Shown here: positions 47,701 through 59,599 of the stretch, piece by piece
Position numbering within the stretch: the first letter of the stretch is position 1
How the letters are laid out: every line of letters starts with the position of its first letter
Assembly (NCBI GenBank): GCA_965223545.1
Contig: OZ245006.1
Location: 7,680,001 to 7,744,000 of the forward strand
Direction: 5' to 3'
DNA: 64,000 nucleotides
DNA from: Planctomycetota bacterium
Lineage (GTDB): Bacteria; Planctomycetota; UBA1135; UBA2386
Notes under the pieces: model-generated
What the model was told of the DNA's origin: nothing
The model's input: the letters and a program-made list of their open reading frames with translations, nothing else
The model's database searches: none
Made by a program: the position numbers and the translations under genes

Positions 47701-49059
47701 TCAGATGCCGTGGCGCCGCAGTTTGCGATAGAGCGTGGTCACGTCGATCTGCAGCGCGCGCGCGGCCGCCGTCTTGTTGCCGCCGGCCTCGGCCAGCGCC
47801 TCGCGCAGCAGCCGGCCTTCGAGCTGCTCGGTCGCGGCGCGCACCCGGTCGGCGAGCGAGCCCGAGGTCGCGGAGGTGACGCCGTCGCTGGTGCCCGGGC
47901 CGTGCAGACCGAGGTCGGCGACGTCGATCTCGCGCCCGCCGCAGACCAGCACCGCCCGTCGCACCGCATTGCGCAGCTCGCGCAGGTTGCCGGGCCAGGG
48001 ATGCGCCTCCAGCGCTGCCATCGCGGCCGCGGTCAGGCCGGTGACTTGGCAGCCGAGCTCGGCGGTGGCCTCGCCCAAGAATTGCTCGACGAAGTGGTGC
48101 AGGTCCGTGGGGCGGGTGCGCAGCGGGGGGATCTCGACGCGGAACTCGGCCACGCGGTGGTAGAGGTCGATGCGAAACGCGCCGGCGCCGATGGCGTCCT
48201 CGAGCTGGGCGTTGGTGGCGCACAGCAGCCGCGCCTCGAACGGCACCGGCTCGCCGCCGCCGACCGGCGCCACGACGCGTTCTTGCAGAGTGCGCAGCAG
48301 CTTGGCCTGCAGCGCCAACGGCAGGTTGCCCAACTCGTCGAGGAACAGCGTGCCGCCGTGCGCGGTGCGAAACAGACCCGGGCTGGCGCTGTCGGCGCCG
48401 GTGAATGCGCCCTTCTTGTGGCCGAACAGCTGGCTCTCCATCAGCGGCTCGGGCAGCGCGCCACAGTCGACGGCCACGAACGGGCCGCTGGCGGCCGGCG
48501 AGCGCCGGTGGATCTCGCGGGCGACCACCTCCTTGCCGGTGCCGGACTCGCCCTGGATCAACACCGACAGCGTGGGTTGTGGCGCGACCAGATCGATCGC
48601 GCGCTGCAGCTCGAGGGCCGCCGGGCTGCTGCCGAAACCGACCTTCTGGCGCGCCAGCCGCGTCTTCAGCGTGGCGACTTCGCGCCGCAGCGCACCGCGC
48701 TCGGCGGCCCGCCGCACCGTGGCCAGCAGCCGGTCCGCATCGAACGGCTTGGACAGGTAGTCGTAGGCGCCGTCGCGCATGGCGCCGACCGCGGTGTCGA
48801 CGTCCTCGACCGCCGAAAGCAGGATCACCGGCATGTCCGGCTTGCTCTCGGCCAGCGCGCGCAACATCGCCACCCCGTCCATCTCCGGCATGCGGATGTC
48901 GGACAGCACGACGTCGGGCGGCGTGTCGCGCACCGCGTCGAGCGCGGCGGCTCCGTGCTCGGCTTCGCGCACGGCGAAACCGTGGTCGCGCAGCAGGCGC
49001 CCGAGCACCCAGCGCATGTCGGGCTCGTCGTCGACGATCAGGACGGTAGATTCGCGCAT
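47701..49059 (-). CDS. sigma54-dependent response regulator (NtrC type)
   Basis: REC, GESGTGKE, GAFTGA, WPGNLRELRN, Fis-type HTH. Confidence 0.93.
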   Translation of the reverse strand: MRESTVLIVDDEPDMRWVLGRLLRDHGFAVREAEHGAAALDAVRDTPPDVVLSDIRMPEMDGVAMLRALAESKPDMPVILLSAVEDVDTAVGAMRDGAYDYLSKPFDADRLLATVRRAAERGALRREVATLKTRLARQKVGFGSSPAALELQRAIDLVAPQPTLSVLIQGESGTGKEVVAREIHRRSPAASGPFVAVDCGALPEPLMESQLFGHKKGAFTGADSASPGLFRTAHGGTLFLDELGNLPLALQAKLLRTLQERVVAPVGGGEPVPFEARLLCATNAQLEDAIGAGAFRIDLYHRVAEFRVEIPPLRTRPTDLHHFVEQFLGEATAELGCQVTGLTAAAMAALEAHPWPGNLRELRNAVRRAVLVCGGREIDVADLGLHGPGTSDGVTSATSGSLADRVRAATEQLEGRLLREALAEAGGNKTAAARALQIDVTTLYRKLRRHGI

Positions 49060-50318
49060 GCCAAACTCCGGTGGCGGGGTGCGGGGGCGGGCTCGAGCTG
49101 CGCCGGCAGCAACAGCAGCGCGCGCGCCCCGCCGCAAGCGCGCGGAAACAGCCCGACGCGGCCGCCGAGTTCCTCGATCCCGCGCCGCGTCGACAGCAAT
49201 CCCAGCCCGGACCCCTCTCGCTTGGTGGTGAAGAACGGTTGGAACAGCTTCTGCCGGGTGTTTTCGTCGATGCCGGTGCCGCGGTCCTCGATGCTCACCG
49301 CGGCCAGCGCCGCGCCGCCGAGGCGGAACGGCCGGCAACGCAACGCGACCGCGCCGCCCTCGGCCGATGCCTGCAGCGCATTCATCAGCAGATTGACCAG
49401 CGCCTGCAGTAGACGCTTGCGGTCGGTCTCGACCACGAGCGGTGGGTTGCCGCTGGCGTCCACCGCCACGCCGCGCCGGCGGGCCTCGGGCGCGACCAGC
49501 GCGGCGAGCTCGCTGAGCGTCGCGGCGAGATCGAGCCGCCCGGCCTCGCCACTGCGCGGCTGACCGACCTCGAGCAGCCCGGCGATCGTGCGCTCGGCAC
49601 GGTCGACGTTGCGCTGCATCACCGACAAGTGGTCGGCGATGTCACCATCACGGCCGTGGCTCGTGTGCAGCGCTTGCGCCGCGGCCTTGATGATCGCCAG
49701 CGGGTTGCGCAGATCGTGTGCCAAGCCGGCGGACAGCTCGGCGATCGCGTGCACCCTCTGGGTTTGCTCGAGGCGCTGCTCGATGCGCGCCCGGGCGTGC
49801 TCGGAGCGCTGCAAGCGGCCCTTGGTGCGGTCGTAGCGCTCGCGCAGGAGTTGCTGGCCGGCGAGCAGTTCGGGGATCCACAGCACGATGCCGTAGGAGA
49901 CCATGCTCAATCCCAGTAGGAACACCGCGCCGCGTTCCAGCGTCGCCACCCAGACCGATTCGACCCATGGCTGCTCGGACGCCAACCAGCGGGTGGCCGC
50001 CGCGAGCACGTAGCCCAGGGTCAACACCGCGAACCCACCCTGCACCAGGAGGAAGGGCAGCACCCGGATCTCCGGTTGCCGGCGTCCCAACCAGTGGAAG
50101 AAGCCCCAGAGCACCGCGAAGTACAGCGGCCGCAACAGCGGATCCGTGGCGGGGTCGCCGGCGAACCAGGCGACGAGGATGGTCATCACCGTGATCGCAG
50201 CGCACGCCGTGACGGTGCCGGGGACCGCGGGGCGTGGTGGGGCGGCCGGCTGGGTGAGGCTCCCCGCCACGTCCTGCGCATGACCGTCGGCCGCGGAGAG
50301 AGCGGTGGTGCGAGACAC
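49038..50318 (-). CDS. Membrane sensor histidine kinase
   Basis: About four TM helices; LAHDLRNPL, NLLMNA, DRGTGI, PFFTTK..GSGLGL; GTG start inferred. Confidence 0.88.
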   Translation of the reverse strand: MSRTTALSAADGHAQDVAGSLTQPAAPPRPAVPGTVTACAAITVMTILVAWFAGDPATDPLLRPLYFAVLWGFFHWLGRRQPEIRVLPFLLVQGGFAVLTLGYVLAAATRWLASEQPWVESVWVATLERGAVFLLGLSMVSYGIVLWIPELLAGQQLLRERYDRTKGRLQRSEHARARIEQRLEQTQRVHAIAELSAGLAHDLRNPLAIIKAAAQALHTSHGRDGDIADHLSVMQRNVDRAERTIAGLLEVGQPRSGEAGRLDLAATLSELAALVAPEARRRGVAVDASGNPPLVVETDRKRLLQALVNLLMNALQASAEGGAVALRCRPFRLGGAALAAVSIEDRGTGIDENTRQKLFQPFFTTKREGSGLGLLSTRRGIEELGGRVGLFPRACGGARALLLLPAQLEPAPAPRHRSLACANLPS

Positions 50319-50380
50319 GGCCCTCTTGCTATCGGCAATTCGGGGGCCGCGAGAGCAGCGTTCGGCGCCTTTGGGACGCC

Positions 50381-51433
50381 CTACTCTTCGTCGAGGGCCA
50401 GCGCCAAGTCGCCGGCACCCCACGCCTGGCGCAGGCGGTCGACGACCGACTGCAAGCGGTCGCCGGGGCACGCCGTCGCGCGCAGCTCGCGGTGGGTGTG
50501 GATCTGCGACGGCCGGATCCGGTGGTCGGTCGACAGCTGGACGAGCAGGCCGCGCAGGGCGTGCAGCTGGCGCGGTGGGGGGTCCTGCCCCTCGCGGCCC
50601 CGGACGAAGTTGCCCAGCAGGCAGATGCCGATGTTGCCGCGGTTGCGCGCGGCGTCGCCGGCATGGGCTCCCTGCCACGCCAGTGGCCGGCCGGTCCAGA
50701 TGCGGCCGTCGGGATCGATCAGGAAGTGGTAGCCGATGTCGCCCCAGCCGTTGCCACGCATGTGCGCATCCTGAATCGCGCGCACCGCGGCGGCGGCGTT
50801 GGCGCGGGACCCGGGGCGGGTGATGCGCGCCGAGTGATGCACGGTGATGCGGTGCGCCCGCCCCATCCGCGACATGTTCTGCTGGCGGCCGGCGGCCGCA
50901 CTCCAGGCCGAACGCGCCAGCACGGCGGTGCTGGCCACCGGGGTTGGAGTGACGACCACCGGCCGCGTGCGCGCCTCGATGCGACGGCGCAGATCCGGGT
51001 CGCTGGCCACTTGCTCGGCCTCCTGTAGGTCGAGGCCGGCGCGCTCATGGTCTCCGCGGCGCTCGTGCGCCAGCGCCCGCACGTAGAGCGCGAGCGCCTG
51101 CACGTCGGGGGACGGCGTGAGGCGGCCGAACAGCAGCTGGTTGAGATCGCGCAGGGCGCGGTCGGTGCTGCCGTTCTCGATCAGCAGGAACGCCCGCCGC
51201 AAGCGCACCGCGGGGGACTCGGGCAGGGTGTCGAGGTCGCGCAGCTCGCGGTGTGCTGCGGTCGCCGGGGCGGTCAGCGCCGCCACCGACAGCTTGGGCA
51301 CCGGCATGCGGGCCTTGGGTTCGAGCGGCGGCGGGGGCGCGATGCAGGCCGCCAGCAGCGTGGTCAGCAAGACCGCTCGCGCCGCGGCGCCCTGCCCGCC
51401 CAACCGGCGGCCGGCCGGCCGGCCGGTGCTCAC
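50381..51433 (-). CDS. Lipoprotein N-acetylmuramoyl-L-alanine amidase (PGRP/Amidase_2) with TPR-like helices
   Basis: LLAAC lipobox; ITVHHSA, GWGDIGYHFLID, GAHA, IGICLLGNF, HREL..TACPG. Confidence 0.85.
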   Translation of the reverse strand: MSTGRPAGRRLGGQGAAARAVLLTTLLAACIAPPPPLEPKARMPVPKLSVAALTAPATAAHRELRDLDTLPESPAVRLRRAFLLIENGSTDRALRDLNQLLFGRLTPSPDVQALALYVRALAHERRGDHERAGLDLQEAEQVASDPDLRRRIEARTRPVVVTPTPVASTAVLARSAWSAAAGRQQNMSRMGRAHRITVHHSARITRPGSRANAAAAVRAIQDAHMRGNGWGDIGYHFLIDPDGRIWTGRPLAWQGAHAGDAARNRGNIGICLLGNFVRGREGQDPPPRQLHALRGLLVQLSTDHRIRPSQIHTHRELRATACPGDRLQSVVDRLRQAWGAGDLALALDEE

Positions 51434-51707
51434 GACGGGCCCGTTCGGGGTTCGAGTGCGGCCGCGCCGCGGTGTCAGTGCTGTGGTGGTCAATGCGCCC
51501 CTCCCGGCAGCGGTCCAACCACTCGAGACCGTAGCCCCGCGCCCCGATGCGGTAAAGCCCGAAGGCCCGGTGGGGTCGGCGTTCCGGCGCGGCAGCAGCG
51601 TCCGCGCCGGCGCCCGACGCGCGGCGGGTTCAGCCCGGCGCCGCGGTTGCCGATAGGGGAGCTGTTGGGGTCGCCACGAAACGCGAGAAGAGGAGAGCCG
51701 GGACCCG

Positions 51708-52148
51708 ATGAGTGCCAAAGTCGAACTGCTCCTGCGCGGGGCGATGGATCACTTGCGCATCGCGTGGCAAACGGGCGAGACGCTGCTGGCCTCGATTCCG
51801 TTCGAGGAGGATCCCGAGGGAACGCGCTACAACGTGCTGCTGGCCATCCAGGAGATGGTCACCAACATCCTGCGGCACGGCTACCGCGGCGATGAGCAGC
51901 AGCCGGTCGCCGTCCACTTCGAGGTCGATGGCGATGGCATGACCGTCACCCTGCGTGACCAGGGGCCGGCGTTCGACCCGACCGCCAGTACCCCCGAACC
52001 CGCCGGGGAGGAGTTCCCGGAGAGCGAGGGCGGCTACGGCATCATGATCGCGCGGATGGTGATGGACGAGCTCGACTACCGCCGGGACGGCGAGTGGAAC
52101 GTCCTGAGCATGACCAAGCACACCCGCGTCACGGCGCAGCAGGGGTAA
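51708..52148 (+). CDS. RsbW-like anti-sigma Ser/Thr kinase
   Basis: EMVTNILRHGY, DQGPAFDP, EGGYGIMI. Confidence 0.88.
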   Translation: MSAKVELLLRGAMDHLRIAWQTGETLLASIPFEEDPEGTRYNVLLAIQEMVTNILRHGYRGDEQQPVAVHFEVDGDGMTVTLRDQGPAFDPTASTPEPAGEEFPESEGGYGIMIARMVMDELDYRRDGEWNVLSMTKHTRVTAQQG

Positions 52149-53788
52149 TGCCGGTGCTTGCCAACGCCAAGACCACGGGTGCGTTGAGCGCCATGCCGGT
52201 CGTGGTCGCCGGTGAGCTCTCGATCTCGGTCTTCGACGCGACCGGCGCGCGGGTGATGCACGCCGGTACCGACGACGGCTCGGAGATCACGGTGAGCGAC
52301 GGCCGTGCGGTGGTCGAGGCCGCCGCCGGGCGCGCGGCGCTGCAGTGCGCACTGCCGGAGCAGGGCGCGGTGGCGGTGATCACCTACGACGCGGCGGTGG
52401 GGACCGGGGTCGAGCCGTTCTTGTCCGGCTTCTTCGATCTGTTGATCGAGCAGGATCGCTTCGACGGCGACATGGAGAGCATCAACAAGAGCTCGCTGGC
52501 GTTGCTCGAAGAGGTCTCCATGGTCGGCGACACGCTGCCGAGCCTGCCCACCGGGCGCTCGGTGCACGAGGTCGCCGAGATGGGGCTCAAGGCGCTGGTC
52601 GTCGCCGCCAGCGTGCACCGCGCGCTCTACGTCCAGTACGACCAGGCCACCGGCTACGCCGAGGTCCTGGTGCAGGTCGGCATGGATGCGAGCGGCCGCA
52701 GCGCGGTCGGCATTCCGTACCGCGGCACGACCGTGATCGGCGACGACGCGCGGGTCGTTTGGGACGCGATCCAGGGACCGGGCGACGCCGTCCTGCGCAG
52801 TGTCGGCGACGGTCCGCGGCTGGGGCCGCCGGGCACGCCGGAGCACCTCGCCGAGCACGAGCTGATCGCGGTCCCCGTGCACTACGGTCAGGACGACAAG
52901 CGCGTCGTGCTGGGTGTCGTGCTGGTGATGGACAAGCGCGAGAACGCGTACTCGACGTCGGACCACCTCGGCTCGCAGGAGACCAAGCTGGCGACCTCGA
53001 TCGCGTCGATGCTCGGCTCCGTGCTCGGCACCCGCAAGGTGGCGGAGCTCGGCAACGAGCTGCGCATGGCCAACGAGATCCAGCAGCAGATCCTGCCCGC
53101 CGGCACCGTCGCCGTGCCGGGCTTCGACATCGCCGGGCGCTGCACCAACTCGGGCGCCGTCGGCGGTGACTACTTCGACTACTTGCCGATGGCGGACGGC
53201 AGCACGCTGGTGGTGGTCGCCGACGTGTCGGGCCACAACCTGGCGAGCGGCATGATCATGGTCGGAGCGCGGGCGACGCTGCGCGCGTTGGCCAGCTCGA
53301 GCGGTGGGGTCGATCGCGTGTTCGACGCCCTGGCGCGCACTCTCTACCAGGACCTGGTGCGCACCGAGCGCTTCATCACCGCGGTCGGTGCCGCCATCCG
53401 CCCCGACAGCGGCCGGGTCAGCCTGAGCAACGCCGGACACAACGACACCATGGTCTACCGGGCGGCGACCGGCGCCATCGAGCGGATCCCGAGCGACACG
53501 ACCGTGCTCGGCTTCCTGCCGGAGCCGGACCACCCGCTGCAGACTCTGGAGCTGCAGCCGGGCGACGTCATGGTGCTCTACACCGACGGCGTCGTCGAGG
53601 CGACCAACGACGGAGACGAAATGCTGGGTGAAGAGGGACTGGAACGCGTCCTCATCGGCGCCGCCAGTGGTAGCGCCGAGCAGATCCTGCGCACGGTGTT
53701 CGAGGCAGTCGACGCATTCGCCGACAAGAAGGTCGCTGGTGACGACATCACGGCTGTGGTGATCAAGGTTCCGCCGACCGGCGCTTAG
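52148..53788 (+). CDS. GAF-like + SpoIIE/PP2C phosphatase (RsbU-like)
   Basis: VGGDYFD, ADVSGH, NAGH, LYTDGVVE, DDIT. Confidence 0.88.
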   Translation: MPVLANAKTTGALSAMPVVVAGELSISVFDATGARVMHAGTDDGSEITVSDGRAVVEAAAGRAALQCALPEQGAVAVITYDAAVGTGVEPFLSGFFDLLIEQDRFDGDMESINKSSLALLEEVSMVGDTLPSLPTGRSVHEVAEMGLKALVVAASVHRALYVQYDQATGYAEVLVQVGMDASGRSAVGIPYRGTTVIGDDARVVWDAIQGPGDAVLRSVGDGPRLGPPGTPEHLAEHELIAVPVHYGQDDKRVVLGVVLVMDKRENAYSTSDHLGSQETKLATSIASMLGSVLGTRKVAELGNELRMANEIQQQILPAGTVAVPGFDIAGRCTNSGAVGGDYFDYLPMADGSTLVVVADVSGHNLASGMIMVGARATLRALASSSGGVDRVFDALARTLYQDLVRTERFITAVGAAIRPDSGRVSLSNAGHNDTMVYRAATGAIERIPSDTTVLGFLPEPDHPLQTLELQPGDVMVLYTDGVVEATNDGDEMLGEEGLERVLIGAASGSAEQILRTVFEAVDAFADKKVAGDDITAVVIKVPPTGA

Positions 53789-53797
53789 AGAAGAGCA

Positions 53798-54172
53798 ATG
53801 AGTACACCCAAGGTCCTGGTCGTCGACGACGAGCCGTTCATCTGCCGGTCGCTGACCTTCGTGTTGCGCAAGGAGCGCTTCGAGGTGTTCGAGGCTCGCA
53901 ACGGCGAGGAGGCGCTGGCGCTGATTCGGGAGCATCGCCCGGACCTCGTCTTCCTCGACGTGATGATGCCCAAGCTCAACGGCTTCGAGGTGACCAAGCA
54001 GGTGCGTGCCGACCCGAGCCTGAGTGGCGTGAAGATCATCCTGCTCACCGCGAAAGGGCAGGATTCGGACCGCGCCACCGGCGAGGAGGCGGGCGCGGAC
54101 GACTACATGACCAAGCCGTTCTCGCCCACCCGCGTGCTCGAGCGGGCGCGCAACATGCTCGGCGTCTCCTGA
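53798..54172 (+). CDS. Single-domain response regulator
   Basis: VVDDE, LDVMMP, LTA, KPF. Confidence 0.92.
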   Translation: MSTPKVLVVDDEPFICRSLTFVLRKERFEVFEARNGEEALALIREHRPDLVFLDVMMPKLNGFEVTKQVRADPSLSGVKIILLTAKGQDSDRATGEEAGADDYMTKPFSPTRVLERARNMLGVS

Positions 54173-54205
54173 ACGCCGCCCGCGGTCGGCTATAGTCGGC
54201 CGCCG

Positions 54206-55645
54206 ATGATCACCGCAACGACGCTGTTGCTGCTGGCGGCGAGCGCGCCGCAGCGCCCGGTGGAGCACGGCGCACGGCCGGACACTCTGGAGATCAAGAA
54301 CGCTCACGTGATCCGCGGCGACGGCTCGCCGCCGGAGGGCCCGCGCAGTGTGTTCGTGCGCGACGGCCGCATCGTCGCCGAGCGCATCGAGCGGCCGGCG
54401 GCGTTCATCGACGGCACCGATTGCTACGTGATGCCGGGTCTGGTCAACACCCATGGCCACCTGCAGGACGTGATGGCCGGCATTCCGATCCCTGCCGAGT
54501 ACCACCTCGGGCTGTGGTTGGCGTCCGGGGTCACCGCGGTGCGCGACAACGGCAGCAACTTCCGCCGCACCCAACGCCTGCGCGCGCGCGCCGCGGCGTT
54601 CGAGATCGAGAGCCCGCGCATCTTCGTCTACCGCATGTTCGGCGGCGTCAGCAGTGCCGAGGAAGCGGAGCAGCGGGTGCGCAGCTTCGCGACGCAGGGG
54701 GCCGACGGCATCAAGCTGTGGTCCAACTTCAGCTACCGGCGCGAGCACCTGCAGGCGATCTTGAAGACCGCGCGGGCGGTCGGGCTGCCGTGCACTGCGC
54801 ACATCGGCGTCGGCCCGACCAACGCCCTCGACTACGCCGAGCTCGGCGTGCGCAGCATCGAGCACTGGTACGGAATCCCGGACGCCGCGCTGCGCGGTCT
54901 GCAGCGCTTTCCCGCCGACTTCAGCTACAGCAACGAGGTCGACCGCTTCCGCTACGCCGGCAGGTTGTGGCGCGAGACCGACCCGGAGCTGCTCGCCGAC
55001 GTGCTCGCCGGCATGGTCGATCACGACGTCGCGTGGAGCCCGACCCTGGCGATCTACGAGGCCAGCCGCGACTTGCAGCGCGCGCAGAACAAGCCGTGGT
55101 TTCCGACCTACCTGCATCCGGCGCTCGAGCAGTTCTTCAAGCCGAGTCTGGACAGCCACGGCAGCTACTTCATCGGCTGGACCACCACCGACGAGGCCTA
55201 CTGGCGCGAGAACTACCAGCTCTGGTTCGACGCCTTGCGCCGCTTCGCCGAGCTCGGTGGTGTGATCACCACTGGCGAAGACGCCGGCTACATCTACGTG
55301 ATGCCGGGCTTCGGCTTGGTGCGCGAGCTCGAGCTGCAACACGAGGCGGGGTTCTCGCCGCTCGAGGTGATCCGCCACGCGACCTACAACGGGGCCCGGG
55401 TTCTCGGGCGCGCCGATGAGTTCGGCCGCGTGCTGCCGGGGCTCGCCGCCGACCTGGTCGTCGTGCACGGCAACCCCTTGCACAACCTCAAGGCGCTGTA
55501 CCCCACCGGCTGTGACTTCTATGTCGACGGCGAGAGCGTGCGCGGCGGCGGCGTGCGCTACACCATCGTCGACGGCCGGGTGTACCACGGCCCGACGATG
55601 CTGCGCCGGGTCGAGGAGCTCGTCGCCAAGGCGCGCGAGAAGTAG
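54206..55645 (+). CDS. Amidohydrolase family protein
   Basis: MPGLVNTHGH, SIEH, GEDAG, ADLVVVHGNP; TATAGT 9 nt before the ATG. Confidence 0.88.
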   Translation: MITATTLLLLAASAPQRPVEHGARPDTLEIKNAHVIRGDGSPPEGPRSVFVRDGRIVAERIERPAAFIDGTDCYVMPGLVNTHGHLQDVMAGIPIPAEYHLGLWLASGVTAVRDNGSNFRRTQRLRARAAAFEIESPRIFVYRMFGGVSSAEEAEQRVRSFATQGADGIKLWSNFSYRREHLQAILKTARAVGLPCTAHIGVGPTNALDYAELGVRSIEHWYGIPDAALRGLQRFPADFSYSNEVDRFRYAGRLWRETDPELLADVLAGMVDHDVAWSPTLAIYEASRDLQRAQNKPWFPTYLHPALEQFFKPSLDSHGSYFIGWTTTDEAYWRENYQLWFDALRRFAELGGVITTGEDAGYIYVMPGFGLVRELELQHEAGFSPLEVIRHATYNGARVLGRADEFGRVLPGLAADLVVVHGNPLHNLKALYPTGCDFYVDGESVRGGGVRYTIVDGRVYHGPTMLRRVEELVAKAREK

Positions 55646-55651
55646 CGGCGC

Positions 55652-57034
55652 TTGGCCGCCGCGGCCGAGAGTCGATCCGCCGGCGGCAGAACGCGCCGGC
55701 CGCTGGCCGCGGTGGTCGCCACCGGGGTTCCGCTGGCGTTCGCGTTCGCTTCGCACGCGCTGATCAACCTGGTGGATCTGGCGTTGGTGGGGCGGCTCGG
55801 CGCCGATGCGGTCGCCGGCGTGCACGTCGCCACCGCCGTCAACTTCCTGCCGATGATCCTCGGCAACGGCGTGTCGGTGGCGACCATGGCCCTGCTGGCG
55901 CAGCGGATCGGTGCCGGTGATCACCTCGGCGCCGCGGCGCTGAGCGCGCGCGCGCAGCTGTGGATGCTGGTCCTGGGCGTGGTCGTGGGCGTCGTCGGCG
56001 CGGTGCTCGCCGGTCCATCGGTGGACCTGCAGGGCGTGGGTGGCGGCGCGCGCGCCATCGGCGTGCACTACACGGTGGTCGTGCAGCTGGGCACGGTCAC
56101 CATGTTCGCGTTGATGCAGTCGACCGCGGCGATGCGCGCGGCGGGGGAGACGTGGATGCCGGTGGTCCTGCTGCTGGCAGCCAACGGCCTCAATCTGTTG
56201 CTGGACGTGGTGCTCTTGTTCGGCGTCGACGCGCTGGGAATCCCCGCCTTCGGCGCGGTCGGTGCGGCGTACGCCTCGGTCATCAGCCGGGCGCTGATGG
56301 CGATCGCCGGCTACGCCTGGCTGGCGCGGCCGGCCGCGCCGTTGCGTCTGTGCTGGCACGGTTGGCGGGGGCCGGCGGGCGAGTTCGGGCGGTTGGCCCG
56401 CGCGGCCTGGCCGCCGTCTGCCCAGCTCGCGGTGCGCGCCACCGCAGTGCTCGCGCTGACGCGGGCGGTCGCCGAGGTCGGCGGTGACTCCGCGGTGGCG
56501 GCGTTCTCGGTCACCACGCGGTTGGACACGTTGGTTCTGTTCGCCGCGGCCGGCATCGCCAGCGCCGGCACGACGCTGACCGGCGCGGCGACCGGTGCCG
56601 GCGATGGGCGCGTGGCGCAGCGGTTGGCGTGGGCTTCGGGCGCGGTCGCCGCGGCGCTGGGATTGGTGCTCGCGGTCGCTTTGGCGGCGGGCGGCGGGTG
56701 GCTGGTCGAGCTGTTCGTCGCCGGCGCGACCCCGGAGGTCTCGGCTGCAGGAGCGTCGTATCTCCGCTGGGCGGTGTGGGCGCACCCGCTGGCGGCGTTC
56801 TGCATTGGGGTGACCGGGGCGTGGCACGGCGCCGGCTGGTTTGTCACCCCGCTGGCGCTGGATCTCGGCGGTCACGGGGTCGTGCTGCTGCCGGCGGTGG
56901 TCGGGGCCGTGCTCTGGGCGGGCGCCGGCGGCTCCCTTACGCTTGTCTGGTGGGCTCTGCTGTTGGGCCACGCAGCGTTGGCGGCTCTGTTCGCGGCGGT
57001 GCTGTGGCGATGGCCGCTGTCGGCGCGAAGCTGA
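55652..57034 (+). CDS. MATE family efflux transporter
   Basis: VDLALVGRLG, RAAGET..P, NLLLD, FGAVGAAYAS; many TM helices. Confidence 0.85.
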   Translation: MAAAAESRSAGGRTRRPLAAVVATGVPLAFAFASHALINLVDLALVGRLGADAVAGVHVATAVNFLPMILGNGVSVATMALLAQRIGAGDHLGAAALSARAQLWMLVLGVVVGVVGAVLAGPSVDLQGVGGGARAIGVHYTVVVQLGTVTMFALMQSTAAMRAAGETWMPVVLLLAANGLNLLLDVVLLFGVDALGIPAFGAVGAAYASVISRALMAIAGYAWLARPAAPLRLCWHGWRGPAGEFGRLARAAWPPSAQLAVRATAVLALTRAVAEVGGDSAVAAFSVTTRLDTLVLFAAAGIASAGTTLTGAATGAGDGRVAQRLAWASGAVAAALGLVLAVALAAGGGWLVELFVAGATPEVSAAGASYLRWAVWAHPLAAFCIGVTGAWHGAGWFVTPLALDLGGHGVVLLPAVVGAVLWAGAGGSLTLVWWALLLGHAALAALFAAVLWRWPLSARS

Positions 57035-57151
57035 CACTCTGACAGAGCCCGCTGGCGGCGGTGCTGTCAGATTGGCGCGCCGAGGGCGCGTCCGATCGGT
57101 CCGGATGCTCTAAGTAACGGAGACACAACGCCTTGGGTGCTACCTGCCGGT

Positions 57152-57167
57152 TGGCACGAGTCTTGAA
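57152..57167 (+). promoter_or_regulatory. Probable sigma54 promoter of dnaK
   Basis: TGGCACGAGTCTTGAA: consensus -24, with -12 GC changed to GA. Confidence 0.55.
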
Positions 57168-57172
57168 CATGA

Positions 57173-59167
<1,995 letters not shown>

Positions 59168-59251
59168 GCGGGTCCTCCTGGACCGCGCGCGGGCGGACAG
59201 CGCCAGGAATCTACGACGCGCTTTGTCAGCCTCCGGGGGGGGAGAGAGAGT

Positions 59252-59599
59252 TCAGCACTCTCCTTTGCCGGGTGGTTGCCAGCCACCGAAGTCCTCCGCA
59301 CGGCTGAGCTGCCGACCGTGGCGCGCGTGCATCACCCACACCGCCTGGTCTTCCTCGACGATCGTGAAGAAGAGAACGAACTGCCCGATCGCGATGGCCC
59401 GCACCTCGAAGTCGCACCACGCGTCCTCCGGAGCAACCGCATAGCGTCGCGGCATCGTCTCCAGTCCCTGGATCAAGTCGTAGACCCGTTGGAGCCACTC
59501 GACTGCGCGCTGTGGCGCATCTTGCTCGGTGGCGATCCACTCGGCTTGCTCGCGGATGCGGTTCCTGGCTCCTGGTGTGACGAAGACCTCGTAGGTCAT
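59252..59599 (-). CDS. RelE/ParE family toxin
   Basis: MTYEVFVTPGA..LETMPRRY..FVLFFTI..VWVMHARHG. Confidence 0.82.
   Translation of the reverse strand: MTYEVFVTPGARNRIREQAEWIATEQDAPQRAVEWLQRVYDLIQGLETMPRRYAVAPEDAWCDFEVRAIAIGQFVLFFTIVEEDQAVWVMHARHGRQLSRAEDFGGWQPPGKGEC

Noticed and set aside
51434..51707. ncRNA in the divergent amidase/rsbW intergenic region
   Set aside because: Only short GC hairpins expected by chance; no terminator or family motif.
57030..57170. CIRCE element before dnaK
   Set aside because: No TTAGCACTC-N9-GAGTGCTAA arrangement; only scattered partial half-sites.
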